Positions 37,237 through 47,319 of a stretch of 64,000 bases of DNA are shown here, one piece after another. The position numbers and the translations under genes are program-made. Each line of letters opens with the position of its first letter. Within the stretch, counting starts at the first letter, position 1. The DNA lies in NCBI GenBank assembly GCA_039811685.1, contig JBDHZC010000001.1:96001-160000 (forward strand). The letters run 5' to 3'. This DNA comes from Armatimonadota bacterium. GTDB lineage: Bacteria; Armatimonadota; UBA5829; DSUL01. Under the pieces are notes generated by a model that saw nothing but the letters and a program-made list of their open reading frames with translations, had not been told where the DNA came from and made no database searches.

Positions 37237-37947
37237 ATGAGCAAGCAGAAAATTCTTGTAGTTGACGACGATGGCAGCGTGTGTGACCTGCTGACCTCCT
37301 ACTTTGAGAAGGCGGGTTTTGAGACCAGTTGTGTCAGCGATGGGCCTGCCGCGCTGGCTGCCGTCCAGGAAAGTCACCCGGAGTGTCTGATTCTGGATGT
37401 TATGCTTCCAGAGATGGACGGACTGGAAGTGTTGAAAGAACTGCGGCGAATGGGCAACGTGCCGGTCATTGCTCTCACAGCGCGCACTGATGAGGTCGAT
37501 CGCGTACTGGGGTTGGAGATGGGCGCGGATGACTATGTGACCAAGCCTTTCAGCCCCAGGGAACTGCTGGCGCGTGTGAAGGCTGTTCTGCGCAGAGCGG
37601 CTCTCGCGCCCGCGACGGAAGAGGCCCAGACCCTTAACCTGCCAGGCCTTATTGTCAGCAGGGTCAGCCGCGAGGTCAGAATGGGGGACAACCGCATCGA
37701 CCTGACGCCCAAGGAGTTTGACCTGCTCTGGCATCTCGCGTGCAACCGCAATCGGGTGTTTACGCGTGAGCAGCTTCTGGAGCAGGTGTGGGCTTATCAG
37801 GAGTTCTACGGTGATGAGCGCACTGTCGATCAGCACGTGAAGCGTTTGCGGCGTAAGATTGAAATTGATGGGAGCCCTTGCCGTATTACGACAATATGGG
37901 GTGTCGGGTACAAGTTTGAAATCCGGGAACACGGAATCGCCGTCTGA
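37237..37947 (+). CDS. OmpR/PhoB-family response regulator
   Basis: VVDDD, ILDVMLP, GADDYVTKPFS, LTPKEF, TIWGVGY. Confidence 0.96.
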   Translation: MSKQKILVVDDDGSVCDLLTSYFEKAGFETSCVSDGPAALAAVQESHPECLILDVMLPEMDGLEVLKELRRMGNVPVIALTARTDEVDRVLGLEMGADDYVTKPFSPRELLARVKAVLRRAALAPATEEAQTLNLPGLIVSRVSREVRMGDNRIDLTPKEFDLLWHLACNRNRVFTREQLLEQVWAYQEFYGDERTVDQHVKRLRRKIEIDGSPCRITTIWGVGYKFEIREHGIAV

Positions 37948-37966
37948 TACTCCAACCCGATCTGCC

Positions 37967-39241
37967 ATGCGCCGGGCCGCCTCTGCTATGCTCATGGCGC
38001 TTGGAGCCACTATTGTGTCGTCTACGGCGTTTGCCTATCCGGCCGGGCATTCTCTCTCCCCGGGACGGGCTGCCCTTTTGGTTCCTTCTCTCGCATTCGT
38101 TTTAGCAGCGGCATTTCTGGTTATTGATCGCCATCTGCATCCCCAGACCTCAAAGGCGACACCTATGTCCTCTGATGACTCCGTTCGGGCCGCTAATCCT
38201 CAACCAGAGCAAATCTTGCTGCCGTCTTCCGCTGCTGCAAGAATCTTTGCCATTTCTTCTGATGGTATCGTCGTGATGGACTCGAACCTGCAGGTGACGG
38301 CCGTCAATCCGGTCGCGCTTCACATGGCTGGGATTGAAGATGTCGCGTCCTTTGAGCAAACGCCTTTGGGAACCGAAGTCGGGCAGGTGTTGCGCCAGGC
38401 TATCCGCCATGGTATCGATTTGAGTCGCGACGTCACTCTTGGCCCTGTGTCGTCTGAGCAGAGATCAGGTGTCTCTGGTATTACGGCGCGTGCAGTTGTG
38501 CTGGACGATGGCGGATCTATCGCCATTCTCCAGGACCGCCGGCAGGAGCTTGAGATGCTTCAGCGTCATCGTCAGTGCTCTGCGGATGTTGCGCACGATC
38601 TTCGCGCGCCGCTTACTGGAATTCAAGGCTGTGCGGAAGCGCTTCTGGACGGCTCTGCTCAAGATCCAAAAACCAATGAGCACTACCTGAAGCTGATTCT
38701 GGACCAGTGTCACCGGATGTCTGCTCTGTTGGCGGATGTGCTCGACTTCTCTGCGCTGGCTGAGGACTGCGTTGACCTGCATTTCAAACGGGTGGACCTG
38801 GCGGTAGTCGTCAGTGAAACTGTTGAGCTTTTCGAAAGAACCGCAGCTGACCGCGGAATTTCCCTGCAATTCTGTGTAGGGGATGATGCTGCAGCAGCCC
38901 GCGGCGATGCCAGGCGTATCCGGCAAGCCCTCACGAATCTTGTATCCAACGCTATAGGCTTCAGCCCTTCAGCGTCGTCCGTTGATATACGCGTGTTCCG
39001 TCGTGTTGATCATGCAGTGCTGGAAGTGCGAGACAGCGGACCGGGTCTTAGCGAATCTGAACTCGAGCGCGTGTGGCAGCGCTACTACCGCGTGAAATCC
39101 CTGGAACATACACATGCCGGAACAGGACTGGGTCTGCCTATCGTAAAAAGGATTGCAGAGCTGCACGGCGGCAGGGCGGGAGCCGAAAGCTCTCCCGGAA
39201 AGGGATCTGCCTTCTGGTTCAGCGTTCCTCGTTGCGTCTGA
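37967..39241 (+). CDS. Sensor histidine kinase (TM, PAS-like, HisKA, HATPase)
   Basis: AHDLRAPL, NLVSNA, DSGPG, GTGLGL, GKGSAF. Confidence 0.9.
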   Translation: MRRAASAMLMALGATIVSSTAFAYPAGHSLSPGRAALLVPSLAFVLAAAFLVIDRHLHPQTSKATPMSSDDSVRAANPQPEQILLPSSAAARIFAISSDGIVVMDSNLQVTAVNPVALHMAGIEDVASFEQTPLGTEVGQVLRQAIRHGIDLSRDVTLGPVSSEQRSGVSGITARAVVLDDGGSIAILQDRRQELEMLQRHRQCSADVAHDLRAPLTGIQGCAEALLDGSAQDPKTNEHYLKLILDQCHRMSALLADVLDFSALAEDCVDLHFKRVDLAVVVSETVELFERTAADRGISLQFCVGDDAAAARGDARRIRQALTNLVSNAIGFSPSASSVDIRVFRRVDHAVLEVRDSGPGLSESELERVWQRYYRVKSLEHTHAGTGLGLPIVKRIAELHGGRAGAESSPGKGSAFWFSVPRCV

Positions 39242-39410
39242 GTTGCGCTTTTCGGCCTGCCTGTCGCTTGCTGTTGCGGATTCGGTTGACAACTGCGCTC
39301 GTGGCTCCATAAGATGTGCGAAGCTCTCTGGGCCAGATCTCTGCGTCGCATAGCACGTTGGGAATCTGTGTCAACTGAGTAGCGTTTGAAGCAATAGCAG
39401 GAGTATCCCT

Positions 39411-40259
39411 TTGGATGTCGGCGTTATAACGGATGAAGTTTCTCAGGACATCAGCGAAGCCCTGGAGGTTATGAAACGCTGCGATGTCAGAGTCTCTGAG
39501 ATTCGCGCGGTTTGGGGCAAGAACAGCATTGATCTGGATCAGGAAGAGTTGCGCACCTTGAAAGCCGCGCTGAATAATGCAGGCTCCAGTGTCTGTGCTG
39601 TCGCATCTCCGTTTTTCAAGTGCGATCTGACAGACTTCACTGCGGCTGAACGTGGCCGTCTGCACGAAGCGAAGGATTTGACGCTGGCAGATCAGATGGA
39701 CGTACTTGACAGAGCCTGCCGCGTGGCGGACGTTTTGGGTACGCGCAACATTCGCGTTTTTTCATTCTGGCGTAGCTCTGATCCAACGCCTGAGATTGAG
39801 GCCAGGATCGTGGAATTATTCCAGGAGCCACTGGCAAAGGCAAAGGAGCGTGGAGTGCGTCTGCTGCTGGAAAACGAGCACTCCTGTTTTCAGGGGACGG
39901 GGGAGGAAACTGCACGCCTGCTTCGCCAGTTCGACAACGGGGCGCTCGCGGCAGTTTGGGACCCTGGGAATGCGTTTTGCGCGGGTGAAGTGCCTTTTCC
40001 GGATGGATACACGGCGATCAGGCCCTGGATCGCCCACGTGCATGTCAAGGATGCTGTGCGTGACGAGCGCGGCGAAGTGCGGTTTGTGAAAGTTGGGCAG
40101 GGGCAGGTGGACTATGTGGGTCAGGTAGCTCAACTCAAAGCCGATGGCTATGACGGAGTATTGTCTCTCGAAACCCACTATTCGAAAGAAGTTGGCGGCA
40201 AAGCTGCGGCGTCTGAAGAGAGCCTAAGGAGTCTGGCCGCTATGGTTAGAGGAGTGTAA
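39411..40259 (+). CDS. Sugar phosphate isomerase/epimerase (xylose-isomerase-like TIM barrel)
   Basis: ITDEV, IRVFSFW, LENEH, WDPGN, HVHVKD, SLETH. Confidence 0.88.
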   Translation: MDVGVITDEVSQDISEALEVMKRCDVRVSEIRAVWGKNSIDLDQEELRTLKAALNNAGSSVCAVASPFFKCDLTDFTAAERGRLHEAKDLTLADQMDVLDRACRVADVLGTRNIRVFSFWRSSDPTPEIEARIVELFQEPLAKAKERGVRLLLENEHSCFQGTGEETARLLRQFDNGALAAVWDPGNAFCAGEVPFPDGYTAIRPWIAHVHVKDAVRDERGEVRFVKVGQGQVDYVGQVAQLKADGYDGVLSLETHYSKEVGGKAAASEESLRSLAAMVRGV

Positions 40260-41942
40260 ATGTCGATCATCAAGATCAGAGAACAGGCGGTCAACAAGAT
40301 TATGATGCCAGCCGTCATAGTCATTCTGATTGCCATGCTGGTGTCAATCTTTGTCAGCTTCAGTCCCGGCTCCAGAAGCGGCCCCGACAAGGACAGCACG
40401 GGCGACGGCGTGCGGACGGCCTTTATCGTGAACGGGGACAAGATTTCTGACGCTTTCTATCGTGCCCAGCTCGAGCGAGCTAAAGAGCAGGCTAAACAGA
40501 GTGGTCAGGAGTGGTCACCCACCCAGGCTGCCCGGATCAAGAGCCAGCTCATTCCTCAGATGATCCAGCAGGCGATTGTCGCCTCTGCGGCGCAAAGCGA
40601 CGGTGTGCGTGTCTCTGGCCGCGATATCAGCGACTATAAAGACAAAGCCTACGAGCAGCAGATTGGTCAGATCAAACAGATGGTTTTTGGTGACAAGGCC
40701 AAAGGAAAGACTGACAAGGATGTGGACCGGGAACTGCGTCGGCGGCTGGGGGACGACAAGGGACTGGACTACGTCCGCGCGCAGATTGAAAGCTCTGAAT
40801 CCGACGACACTATCAGACTTCAGTTGCTGACACAGAAGTACTACGACCGCATTCTCAGTCAACAAAAGGTCACGGACGCTGACTTGCGTGACAGCTATCG
40901 CGCTCTGACGACGCGTCACATTCTCATCGACTCCAACTCCAGATCTGACGCAGCGGCTAAGAAGCGGGCGGAAGAGGTCATCCAGAAGCTCAACAAAGGT
41001 GCGGACTTTGCGACGCTGGCCAAGCAGTACTCGGACGATCCTGGCTCCAAAGACAATGGTGGATTGTACCCGGCCCAGACGCCGGCGGAGTCCCAGTTCG
41101 CTCGGGAGTATATGGATGCGGCGCTGCGCCTGAAACCAGGAGAGTACACAAAGACTCCCGTCAAGACGCAGTTCGGGTACCATATCATAAAGCTCGAAAG
41201 CTCTGAGCTGAAGCTCCCAAAAGACTTCGACAAGAACAAGGACAAATACCGCAAGGAGCTGATGCAGAAGCGCGGGGGTGAGGTTTTCCAGGCGAAGCTG
41301 GAACAGCTTCAAAAGGATGCCAAGATCACCTTCAAAGACCCGGAGTTTGAAGCCTACTATTATTTTGGCAAGAACTCCCAGGGCGCGGGTGGATATCCGA
41401 TGCTGACTAAAGCTGAAGCGGCGTTCAAGCGGCACATCCAGCAGAACGCCAACGACCCGTCATCCGACAGTTCTTATGTGCAGCTTGCAGCTATCCAGTC
41501 GATGCTCAATCACAAAGATGACGCAATGAAGACGCTTCAGCGCGGTCTCAAAGACAAATTTGAAGACGCGCAGGCGCGCATGACTCTCGCGGATATGGAG
41601 TTCACCGCGGGGAAGAAAAAAGAGGCTCTGGAGAACTACAAACTGGCCGCTGAAGTGACCAACGATCCGATGGTCCATATGCAGCTTGCCACGGTGTTCA
41701 AAAGCAAATTTCCGGAGCCTGAGCTGGCGAAGAAGTCGGACGAGATCTTCCAGGCAGCGCTAAAACGGATGCAGCAACAGCGCGCCGCGCAGGAAAAGGC
41801 ATCCAGGCCTGCGACGAAGACTGCGCCAAAGTCAACCGCAGCCAAAGAGCCGTCACCGGTCAAGTCAGGTAAGGGCGGACAGGGCGACAACCCAGCCGGA
41901 ACTGACTCCAGTGACAAATCCGCAGCGCCGTCGAAGCGCTGA
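40260..41942 (+). CDS. PrsA/SurA-like parvulin foldase with C-terminal TPR-like helices
   Basis: N-terminal TM anchor; RHILI, FATLAKQYSDDPGS, KTQFGYHII. Confidence 0.85.
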   Translation: MSIIKIREQAVNKIMMPAVIVILIAMLVSIFVSFSPGSRSGPDKDSTGDGVRTAFIVNGDKISDAFYRAQLERAKEQAKQSGQEWSPTQAARIKSQLIPQMIQQAIVASAAQSDGVRVSGRDISDYKDKAYEQQIGQIKQMVFGDKAKGKTDKDVDRELRRRLGDDKGLDYVRAQIESSESDDTIRLQLLTQKYYDRILSQQKVTDADLRDSYRALTTRHILIDSNSRSDAAAKKRAEEVIQKLNKGADFATLAKQYSDDPGSKDNGGLYPAQTPAESQFAREYMDAALRLKPGEYTKTPVKTQFGYHIIKLESSELKLPKDFDKNKDKYRKELMQKRGGEVFQAKLEQLQKDAKITFKDPEFEAYYYFGKNSQGAGGYPMLTKAEAAFKRHIQQNANDPSSDSSYVQLAAIQSMLNHKDDAMKTLQRGLKDKFEDAQARMTLADMEFTAGKKKEALENYKLAAEVTNDPMVHMQLATVFKSKFPEPELAKKSDEIFQAALKRMQQQRAAQEKASRPATKTAPKSTAAKEPSPVKSGKGGQGDNPAGTDSSDKSAAPSKR

Positions 41943-41946
41943 CACT

Positions 41947-42870
41947 GTGCCTGAGAGCACACTGTCCGTCTCTGGTCAGAGCGCTTCGGACTATGCGGAA
42001 GACGCTTCCTCTCTTAGCGCGCCTGGCCCAGATCCGAATGGGCCGGGCGCGCTTTATGTTGTCGCAACGCCAATAGGAAATCTTGAAGACATCACGCTGC
42101 GAGCGCTGCGTATTTTGCGCGAAGCAGATCTGATTGCTTCTGAAGACACCCGAACGACTCTCAAGCTCCTTAGCCACTACGACATCCACACGCCTCTCAC
42201 GTCGTATCATCAGCACAGCAGGGGACATAAAGCTGCTGACATTCTGCATCGCATTGAGAAAGGCGCCAGCGTGGCGCTGGTCAGTGAAGCTGGCACGCCG
42301 GCAATAAGTGACCCGGGCCATGAACTGATCCGGGGGTGTATCGAGAAGGAACTCCGAGTGATTCCGATTCCTGGAGCTAGCGCTCTGATTACGTTGCTGA
42401 GCGCTGCCGGGTTGTCAACTTCAGCGTTCTGCTTTCTCGGTTTTCCACCTCGAAAGACGCTTGAGCGCGAGCGATTCTTTGAGACTCTATCGCGCGAACC
42501 CAGGACGATGGTGTTCTATGAATCTCCGAACCGGCTGCGACTGACGCTGGAGGCGATGGGCAGGAAACTAAGTGGGCGCCATATTTGTCTGGGACGTGAG
42601 CTCACAAAGATGTTCGAAGAGATATGGCGCGGAACGATTGAAGATGCCCTGACAGAATTTGGGACGCGACGGCCGAGAGGGGAGTTCGTTGTAGTTGTGG
42701 AAGGAGCAGCGCCGGATACCACGGACGTCGTGGAGGTAGAGAAGGAATACAGACGGCTGGCCGCTGAAGGAATGGACGATAAAGCCGCAGTCACGGCCCT
42801 GGCGAACTCGACTGGGTGGCCGCGGCGCGAGGTGTACGCGGCGATTCTGAAGTGGAAAGGCAAGAAATGA
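41947..42870 (+). CDS. rsmI: 16S rRNA C1402 2'-O-methyltransferase
   Basis: LYVVATPIGNLEDITLRA, EDTR, SEAGTPAISDPG, YESPNR, RELTKMFEE, RGE. Confidence 0.96.
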   Translation: MPESTLSVSGQSASDYAEDASSLSAPGPDPNGPGALYVVATPIGNLEDITLRALRILREADLIASEDTRTTLKLLSHYDIHTPLTSYHQHSRGHKAADILHRIEKGASVALVSEAGTPAISDPGHELIRGCIEKELRVIPIPGASALITLLSAAGLSTSAFCFLGFPPRKTLERERFFETLSREPRTMVFYESPNRLRLTLEAMGRKLSGRHICLGRELTKMFEEIWRGTIEDALTEFGTRRPRGEFVVVVEGAAPDTTDVVEVEKEYRRLAAEGMDDKAAVTALANSTGWPRREVYAAILKWKGKK

Positions 42871-43763
42871 CACTGCCAGTCACACGGTGGCGCTTGATTC
42901 TCAGTCTTGCTCTTTGCGTGGCGATTGCCGGTAGCTCCCGCATGCCGGTTGATGCTGACTCCGGGTGCGAACCAGCGCTGACCGCCAGGCTCGCTGAAAT
43001 TACGCTGTTGAAGTTGCCTCCAGATGTGCGCGCGCAGATTGCGCCTCTTGAGCTTGACCTGCGAGCTCGCCTCCAGACTCTACCGCTTTTCAAGAGCGAC
43101 GACCTTCGTTCCCAACTCCAGCTTATTTTCAAACAGTCAAAAGACAATGTTGCATCCGCCGATCTACTGGCTGCTGCTGCCAGGTCCGTTGTCGCTCTGG
43201 CTTTTGAAAAGCTGCAAAACGAAGAAAATGGCGCGGGATTTCTGAACGCCGTCGCTCTGCAAACTCAGTTGAGTGACGCTCCTCAACTCACGACTCAGCC
43301 TGTGACAGATCCAACTGCCGCTGCTGAGTCTTTGTCCAGTAAATCTGCCAAACTTCGTTCGGATGTGTTGTCGGCTACTAAGACCGGGGACTCTGCTTCC
43401 TTGGCGGCTCTGAGAAAGGGGTGTGTCGGCTGGGTTGCGCAGTCTCTGGCCGACGCGTGGGCAGGAATGCTGAGTATTCAGGCGCATCCTCAGGTTTCAA
43501 AGACAGTGACAGACGATCCGGAGGGTGACACAAATAACAAGACCGTGCTTCAAACAGGAGCGCCTCCCTCATCTGCCCAGGCTCCTTCCGGTTCCGGACC
43601 GTCCTCTGGCGGCAAAGCCATGTACATCGGAAATAAGCAGAGCAAGAAATTCCACAAACCGGGGTGCCGTATGGGGCCAGGGCCGTCCAATAGCGTACCT
43701 CTTTACAGCCGTCAGGAGGCGATTGACGGGAAATACACACCGTGTCGTGTCTGTAAGCCTTGA
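42867..43763 (+). CDS. Exported protein with C-terminal Ada-like metal-binding domain
   Basis: Signal peptide; YIGNKQSKKFHKPGC...YTPCRVCKP; ATGA overlap with rsmI. Confidence 0.7.
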   Translation: MTLPVTRWRLILSLALCVAIAGSSRMPVDADSGCEPALTARLAEITLLKLPPDVRAQIAPLELDLRARLQTLPLFKSDDLRSQLQLIFKQSKDNVASADLLAAAARSVVALAFEKLQNEENGAGFLNAVALQTQLSDAPQLTTQPVTDPTAAAESLSSKSAKLRSDVLSATKTGDSASLAALRKGCVGWVAQSLADAWAGMLSIQAHPQVSKTVTDDPEGDTNNKTVLQTGAPPSSAQAPSGSGPSSGGKAMYIGNKQSKKFHKPGCRMGPGPSNSVPLYSRQEAIDGKYTPCRVCKP

Positions 43764-43963
43764 GCCGTCCATATGCAGGGTGATGATCAGTGCGCGGTCA
43801 CCCGAAGGATGTGCTATACTCTTGGCGCTCCCGCCTGATTAGAAAGTCAGGAGGGGCGGGCGATCACTGCTCAAGTCGCCGCAATGCCGTCCAGAGCGCA
43901 ACACGACTGGCGCGTAGCTATGGCCGTTTACAGGCGCGCAACGCAGGAAGGAGTGCCCCTATT

Positions 43964-44302
43964 ATGCTAGACATCAAGCTGTCCCGGCTTGTCCGGACGC
44001 CTACTTCTGAGGTATTTCTGATCTGGGACACACAGGAGCGGCGCATCGGACAATTGCACTTGCACTACTCCCACGATACCATTCACGCAACGCTCATCTT
44101 TGAGGTCGAAGTGCCGCCAACGGACGAAGAGGCGCTCCTCGCAACGATCGATGAAGATATCGTTTCCAGCTATTTGCCAAGCTTCGACCGGGAAGATCTG
44201 TTCGTGACGGTCTTTCGTGGTGAGGAGGTATCTTCGTTCAGTTATGCTTCCAGCGGACTGGATGAAGATGATTTTGACGAAGATGATGATCACTCCGAGT
44301 AG
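43964..44302 (+). CDS. Small acidic hypothetical protein
   Basis: GGAAGGAG SD; 112 aa; Asp/Glu-rich tail. Confidence 0.75.
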   Translation: MLDIKLSRLVRTPTSEVFLIWDTQERRIGQLHLHYSHDTIHATLIFEVEVPPTDEEALLATIDEDIVSSYLPSFDREDLFVTVFRGEEVSSFSYASSGLDEDDFDEDDDHSE

Positions 44303-44400
44303 CAGAAAAAAGTGGAGTTTAGGGAGCGCGCCGCTTAGCAGTTTCCGTATAGAGGCTTGACGTCAAACCCGCCATTTGTAGATCGGACGGAGCACTTGAT

Positions 44401-47205
44401 TTGAGACAATCAGCCAGATATCGGATCGTTCTGCGTTGCCTGAGCTTTGTTGCCCTTGTTCTGATGACACTTGCCGTGCGTCCCGGCGACTGTGCTCCAG
44501 CGAATCAGAATATTGTTCAGCTACAGGCGCAGGCGCAGCAGTTGATGCAGAAAAAGCAGTACAGCAAAGCGCTGGATGTGCTGAAAAAGATCACTTCCCT
44601 CCAACCCGGCGATCAGCGGAGCTGGTTCAATCTGGGCATTGTGTCCTACGAAGCGAAGAATCTGGATGGCGCCAGGTGGGGCCTGTCCAGGGCGTACAAA
44701 CTCAACTCCACAAACGATATCGGCAAGCGTTCTCTTGGGATTCTTGAAAGCCTTCTGCAAAGCGCTGCTCAACAGGGAGATGTGGCGCAGGCCAAGAAAA
44801 TGGCGGAGACTGTGGAGGCCATCAATCCGCGCAACGCTTCCGTTCCATTTGCGCTCGGTTTACTGAGCACGAGAAAGAAAGAGTTCAACGAAGCCGCCCA
44901 TCAGTTCAGTCGCAGCGTAGAGCTCAATCCAAAGAACTTTGACGCGTGGATGAATCTGGGTTTTGCGCGGGCTAACGCAAAGGACTACGGAGCGGCCATT
45001 GAGGCGTACAACAAGGCGGCGGCGCTGAAGCCTTCAGACCCGCGTCCACAGGCTATGATAGCGCAGACGGCTTTGCAGGCCAATGATCTCAAAGCTGCAG
45101 AAAAGGGCTTCAAGTCGGTTGTCGCGTCTCAGCCGACCAACGTTTTGGCCAGACTCCAGTACGCTCAGGTGCTGGAGAAGCTCAACAAGTCACAGGATGC
45201 TCTGGTTCAGTATCAGAAGGCCGCTACGCTTGAACCGGGCAACTTCATTGCGCAGATGAATCTGGGGCGTCTTGAATACGGCGCCAGGAACTTCAAGGCT
45301 GCGGAAAAAGCTTACGAAGCAGCCGTGAAAGCGGACCCCAAGAGCAGTCTTGCCCTTGGAAATCTGGGGCTGGTAAAAAGTCTGACTGGCAAAAATTCTG
45401 AGGCTGAAGCCCTCTACAAAAAAGCTCTGGCTGCTGACCCCCGAAACGCCAATGCGTATGAAGGGCTGGCGTACGTTTACGAAGTGCAAAACAAGACACC
45501 CGAAGCAGTGACGGCGCTTGAAAAGGGGCGTGCGAAGATTGCCGATAAGCAGCAGAGAGCGGCAATGACGGAGCGCCTCGCCGGGCTTTATGAGCGACAG
45601 GGAAAGCAGGATCAGGCGCTCAGGCTCTGGGAAGAGCGCGCAGCGGAAACTCACTCCGCAGAAAGCTACCGCGCCATTGCTCGTGTCCAGTCTTCACGTA
45701 ACAAACTATCCGAAGCCGCCGAGGCTTATGAGCAGGCGGCAAAGGCGTCCAAAGACTCACAGCCGTTGTCTGACTATCTCTCAGCAGCGCAAATGTGGAG
45801 CAGGGCGGACCAGCCTGACAAAGCCATAGCCGACACCGATCTGGCAAAGAAGGCGGAGCCAAAAAAACTCGAGCCTTACTTCACTGCGGCGATTATCCTC
45901 AGTGACGAGGCGGTAAAAAGCGCACCTGACAAAGACCCGGCCAAGGCCGATTTTACGAAGGCGCTGGCAGAATACGATGCGGCGCTTAAGATAGATGGCA
46001 GCAGCACTCAGGCGCTTATCGGTAAGGCCGCGATCTACGAGCGTCAGCAGAAATACGATGAAGCCATAGCGCAGTACAGAAAGGTTGAAGAGGTCGCTGG
46101 GGATGAGCCCAACGCTCCTCAGATTCTCAGCAAGCTCGGCCTGCTGTTGACTGAGGCAAGCAAGCCGGACGAAGCTCTCGCAGAATACAAAAGACTCGCT
46201 GAGAAATATCCCAAAGATGCCGCTCTCCAGGTGAATCTGGCGGATGCCCTGAACAAGAAGGGTGACTATGACGCGGCGGTAAAGGCCTATGAAGAGGCTT
46301 ACACCCGTAATCCTAAAGTTACGGCTCCTCTGAGCAAAGCGGCCGAAGTGCTTTCGAAACAGGGCAAGAAAGATGAAGCTCGGGACATGTACCTGAGGCT
46401 AGCTGAGATAGACCCGACCGGATCAGATGCTCTACCCAAACTGAAGGACATCTACTCCGCAGAAGGCAAGACTGATGACTACAGGCAACTGCTGCGGCGC
46501 CTGGTGATGTCTCAGCCGAAAAGCGGTCCTCCGCCCTACGATCAGTTTCTTGAGGAATACGCGAAGGCCGGGCTCACTTCGGACGCAGTTCAGACATTTC
46601 AACAACTGGCAGCAAAACAGCCCGCCCCTGATATCCTTACTTACGAAGGCAAAGCTCTGCGCATGGCGGGTAAACCGAAGGAGTCTGTGCAGACGCTCAG
46701 CAAGGCCCTCAAAGCTCAGCCAGACAATCCGATGATACACAAGGAGCTGGCGTTGTCGTACCTTGATCTCAACAACACTGAGCGTGCGACGGCTCATCTT
46801 CAGCGTGTTGTAAATGCTCCGTTCTCTTTTGATTTTGACGCTCGCGACCGCCTCGCTGAGTTGTACGAAAAGCAGGGAAAGAAGAAAGAAGCAAGAGCTT
46901 TATACGAGCAGACCCTGCAGATGAATCCTGCAGACGAGAAGGCGCGTCAGGCCATTGATCGGATTGATGGAAAGCCCGTCGCCCAATCCAAACCTGTCGG
47001 CCCGACAAAGGCGGATGACCCTGGCCAGCCTGGGCAAGCCGTTCACTCCGGCGCGCTACCTGAGCCAGAAAAACCAGCTCAAGAGGCTGGGGCTTCAGCA
47101 ACTTCTGAATCTGACCCCTCCAGATCAAAGTCAGAGAAGGCCTCGCTGACACCCGTTACCGCTCCTTCGACAGAAACTACCTCGCCCAAGAGCAGTGGAC
47201 CTTAG
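44401..47205 (+). CDS. Large exported TPR-repeat protein
   Basis: Signal peptide, many TPR-like repeats, low-complexity tail. Confidence 0.88.
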   Translation: MRQSARYRIVLRCLSFVALVLMTLAVRPGDCAPANQNIVQLQAQAQQLMQKKQYSKALDVLKKITSLQPGDQRSWFNLGIVSYEAKNLDGARWGLSRAYKLNSTNDIGKRSLGILESLLQSAAQQGDVAQAKKMAETVEAINPRNASVPFALGLLSTRKKEFNEAAHQFSRSVELNPKNFDAWMNLGFARANAKDYGAAIEAYNKAAALKPSDPRPQAMIAQTALQANDLKAAEKGFKSVVASQPTNVLARLQYAQVLEKLNKSQDALVQYQKAATLEPGNFIAQMNLGRLEYGARNFKAAEKAYEAAVKADPKSSLALGNLGLVKSLTGKNSEAEALYKKALAADPRNANAYEGLAYVYEVQNKTPEAVTALEKGRAKIADKQQRAAMTERLAGLYERQGKQDQALRLWEERAAETHSAESYRAIARVQSSRNKLSEAAEAYEQAAKASKDSQPLSDYLSAAQMWSRADQPDKAIADTDLAKKAEPKKLEPYFTAAIILSDEAVKSAPDKDPAKADFTKALAEYDAALKIDGSSTQALIGKAAIYERQQKYDEAIAQYRKVEEVAGDEPNAPQILSKLGLLLTEASKPDEALAEYKRLAEKYPKDAALQVNLADALNKKGDYDAAVKAYEEAYTRNPKVTAPLSKAAEVLSKQGKKDEARDMYLRLAEIDPTGSDALPKLKDIYSAEGKTDDYRQLLRRLVMSQPKSGPPPYDQFLEEYAKAGLTSDAVQTFQQLAAKQPAPDILTYEGKALRMAGKPKESVQTLSKALKAQPDNPMIHKELALSYLDLNNTERATAHLQRVVNAPFSFDFDARDRLAELYEKQGKKKEARALYEQTLQMNPADEKARQAIDRIDGKPVAQSKPVGPTKADDPGQPGQAVHSGALPEPEKPAQEAGASATSESDPSRSKSEKASLTPVTAPSTETTSPKSSGP

Positions 47206-47319
47206 CGCAGTGTGCCGTAGCAGATCGGCGCTTTCGCCATACTGTGGCTCTCATTTTCCGTCGTTGAAGTCAGCAGCCTCGATCTCACAGAGCATATTTG
47301 GATACCGTAGAGACACGCA

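Noticed and set aside
37198..38010. 270-aa minus-strand ORF
   Set aside because: Typical shadow ORF of an OmpR-family gene.
40515..41435. 306-aa minus-strand ORF
   Set aside because: Antisense shadow of the foldase gene.
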